64,000 nt of DNA from positions 608,821 to 672,820 of the forward strand of contig CBDFGR010000003.1 in assembly GCA_965247115.1 (NCBI GenBank), given 5' to 3'. The notes below the pieces were generated by a model. The model was given only the letters and a program-made list of their open reading frames with translations. It was not told the origin of the DNA and ran no database searches. The position numbers and the translations under genes are program-made. Shown piece by piece: positions 62,923 to 64,000 of this stretch; the stretch's first letter is position 1, and each line of letters begins with the position of its first letter. This DNA is from Myxococcota bacterium (GTDB taxonomy: Bacteria; Myxococcota_A; UBA9160; SZUA-336).

Positions 62923-64000
62923 ATGGTCCATCGTGGCGATCTTCGCGCATTACCCGGCGCCGCCGCCCGTGCTATGTGGCTACACGCGGCCCGGCGGGTG
63001 GGGCGAATCGAGCGCTGGCAGCGCGACGGTCGGACGGAGGTCTGTCTCTCGTTCCGACTCCGGGGCCGCCGCGTCCGCATCTATTCTGACGTCGACCGCT
63101 GGGGCCAGCGCAAGCGGCTCAGCGAAGACACGGCGCACGTGCTCCTCGATGACATCCGCGCCGAGATCCGGCACCGTCGCAGTGTCGACGAGGGTCTCGC
63201 GCTCTTCCTCAAGACGCACGCACCAGAGAACTTGTTCAGCACTCGCTGGGAGGCGTTCCTCGCCAAGAAACGGCGCGACGCGCGGCAAGGCCAGATCACG
63301 ACCCGCCATCTCGGCGAGCTCGAGGGATCGAACGCCGCGGCTACCTCGGGACCCTGCTCGAGCGCTCGATCTACGATCTCGACTACAGTGCGCTCGAGGA
63401 CTGGCTTGGCTGGCTCCACGATACGAGGCCCGAGCTCTCAGCGAAGACACGCAAATACGCGCTCAGCGCCGTCATGTCATTCCTGTGCTGGCTCCATCGG
63501 CGGCGCGATATCTCGGAGCTGCCCGAGGCGCCGACCATCGTCGTCGGCGAGCACGCGCCCGTGCTGCTTTCGGCTGACGACCGCGAGAGAATCCTCGCCG
63601 CGATCCCCGAGCCGGCTCGCGGTATCTTCCTGGCGCTCGTGCACATGGGACTCAGACCGAGCGAAGCCCGCGTCATGAACTGGTCGGCCTACCGGGACGG
63701 CTACCTCACAGTGGCCCATGCGGCCAAAGATCAGCGGCCCGAGGGGAGGATCGGCGACACGAAGACGCGGAGCGTGCGACGTCTACCCGTGCATCCCGAG
63801 GTGGCCGAGTGGATCGAGAAGCACGTGCGGCGCGAGGATCTGCTCTCCGACCCGCCGCTCTTCCGAAACCCCGAGGGCGCGACTGCATCAAGGCGTTGGA
63901 GCCCGTCCGCGATGGGACGCTCGTGGACGCGCGCCCAGATCACGGCTCTCGGACGGATGGTGGCCCCGCTCTACGAAGGCACCCGGCACAGTTTCGCGAC
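62923..64000 (+). pseudogene. tyrosine integrase, apparently frameshifted near 63324-63327; 3' end outside window
   Basis: RBS AAGGAG then ATG at 62923. Integrase-like N-part up to ...HLGELEG. It continues in another frame (IERRGYLGTLLE...GLRPSEARVM...GDTKTRSVRRLPVHPE...EGTRHSFA) that stays open to the window edge. Confidence 0.6.

Larger units (their letters stand above)
43960..64000. mobile_element. composite integrative element / prophage- or satellite-like region; the right end is not in the window
   Basis: tRNA fragment, intact integrase, xis, prim-pol, DUF3987, HNH, terS/terL, and four further integrase fragments or pseudogenes. Several lower-GC patches. Confidence 0.75.

Overview
High-GC bacterial chromosome segment; the taxon cannot be fixed from sequence alone. 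The gene content and codon style look like a Myxococcota or other deltaproteobacteria-like organism, which is inference.

Positions 1-36.5 kb are densely packed housekeeping DNA:
- ndk, a MocA/CoxG/ferredoxin group, recQ, an IMPase-family gene, a DEDDh exonuclease and a CoA-transferase.
- An E. coli-type frdABCD fumarate reductase operon.
- An ECF sigma factor, ICMT-family methyltransferase and kinase-like/pseudo-hydrolase string.
- ppdK, recO and mgtE.
- A TCA block on the minus strand (icd-mdh-sucCD plus a PfkB kinase), then thrH and an acyl-CoA synthetase.
- A Fur-box-preceded operon encoding a porin, an FMN-binding protein, a His-bearing 4-TM protein and ApbE.
- RNase P RNA and a Tat-signal SagB-type dehydrogenase.

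An ~87-bp GC-rich REP-like repeat family is scattered through the intergenic regions. One locus forms a 407-bp nested palindrome.

At 36,560 a tmRNA gene (ssrA) starts a ~27-kb accessory region:
- Two decayed islands are delimited by reiterated copies of the ssrA 3' end.
- A few ordinary-looking genes follow.
- Next comes a 5'-truncated tRNA-Pro fragment.
- A composite prophage- or satellite-like element then runs to the window end. It has an intact tyrosine integrase, xis, prim-pol and DUF3987. It also has a gp10-like gene, DUF3102, two HNH genes, terS, terL and a tape-measure-like gene. I found no portal, capsid, tail or lysis genes.
- That element also carries several integrase fragments.

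The most interesting unexplained cargo falls into three groups:
- A tightly overlapping RHH + four-gene operon at 59,023-61,557. It encodes an unknown protein, a 2-TM protein, a small acidic protein and a zinc-ribbon/DUF4145 protein.
- An integrase-proximal pair of orphan genes at 46,644-48,455.
- The Fur-box/flavinylation operon at 30,585-34,180.

All functional calls come from reading the translated ORFs for family motifs. No database search was run.
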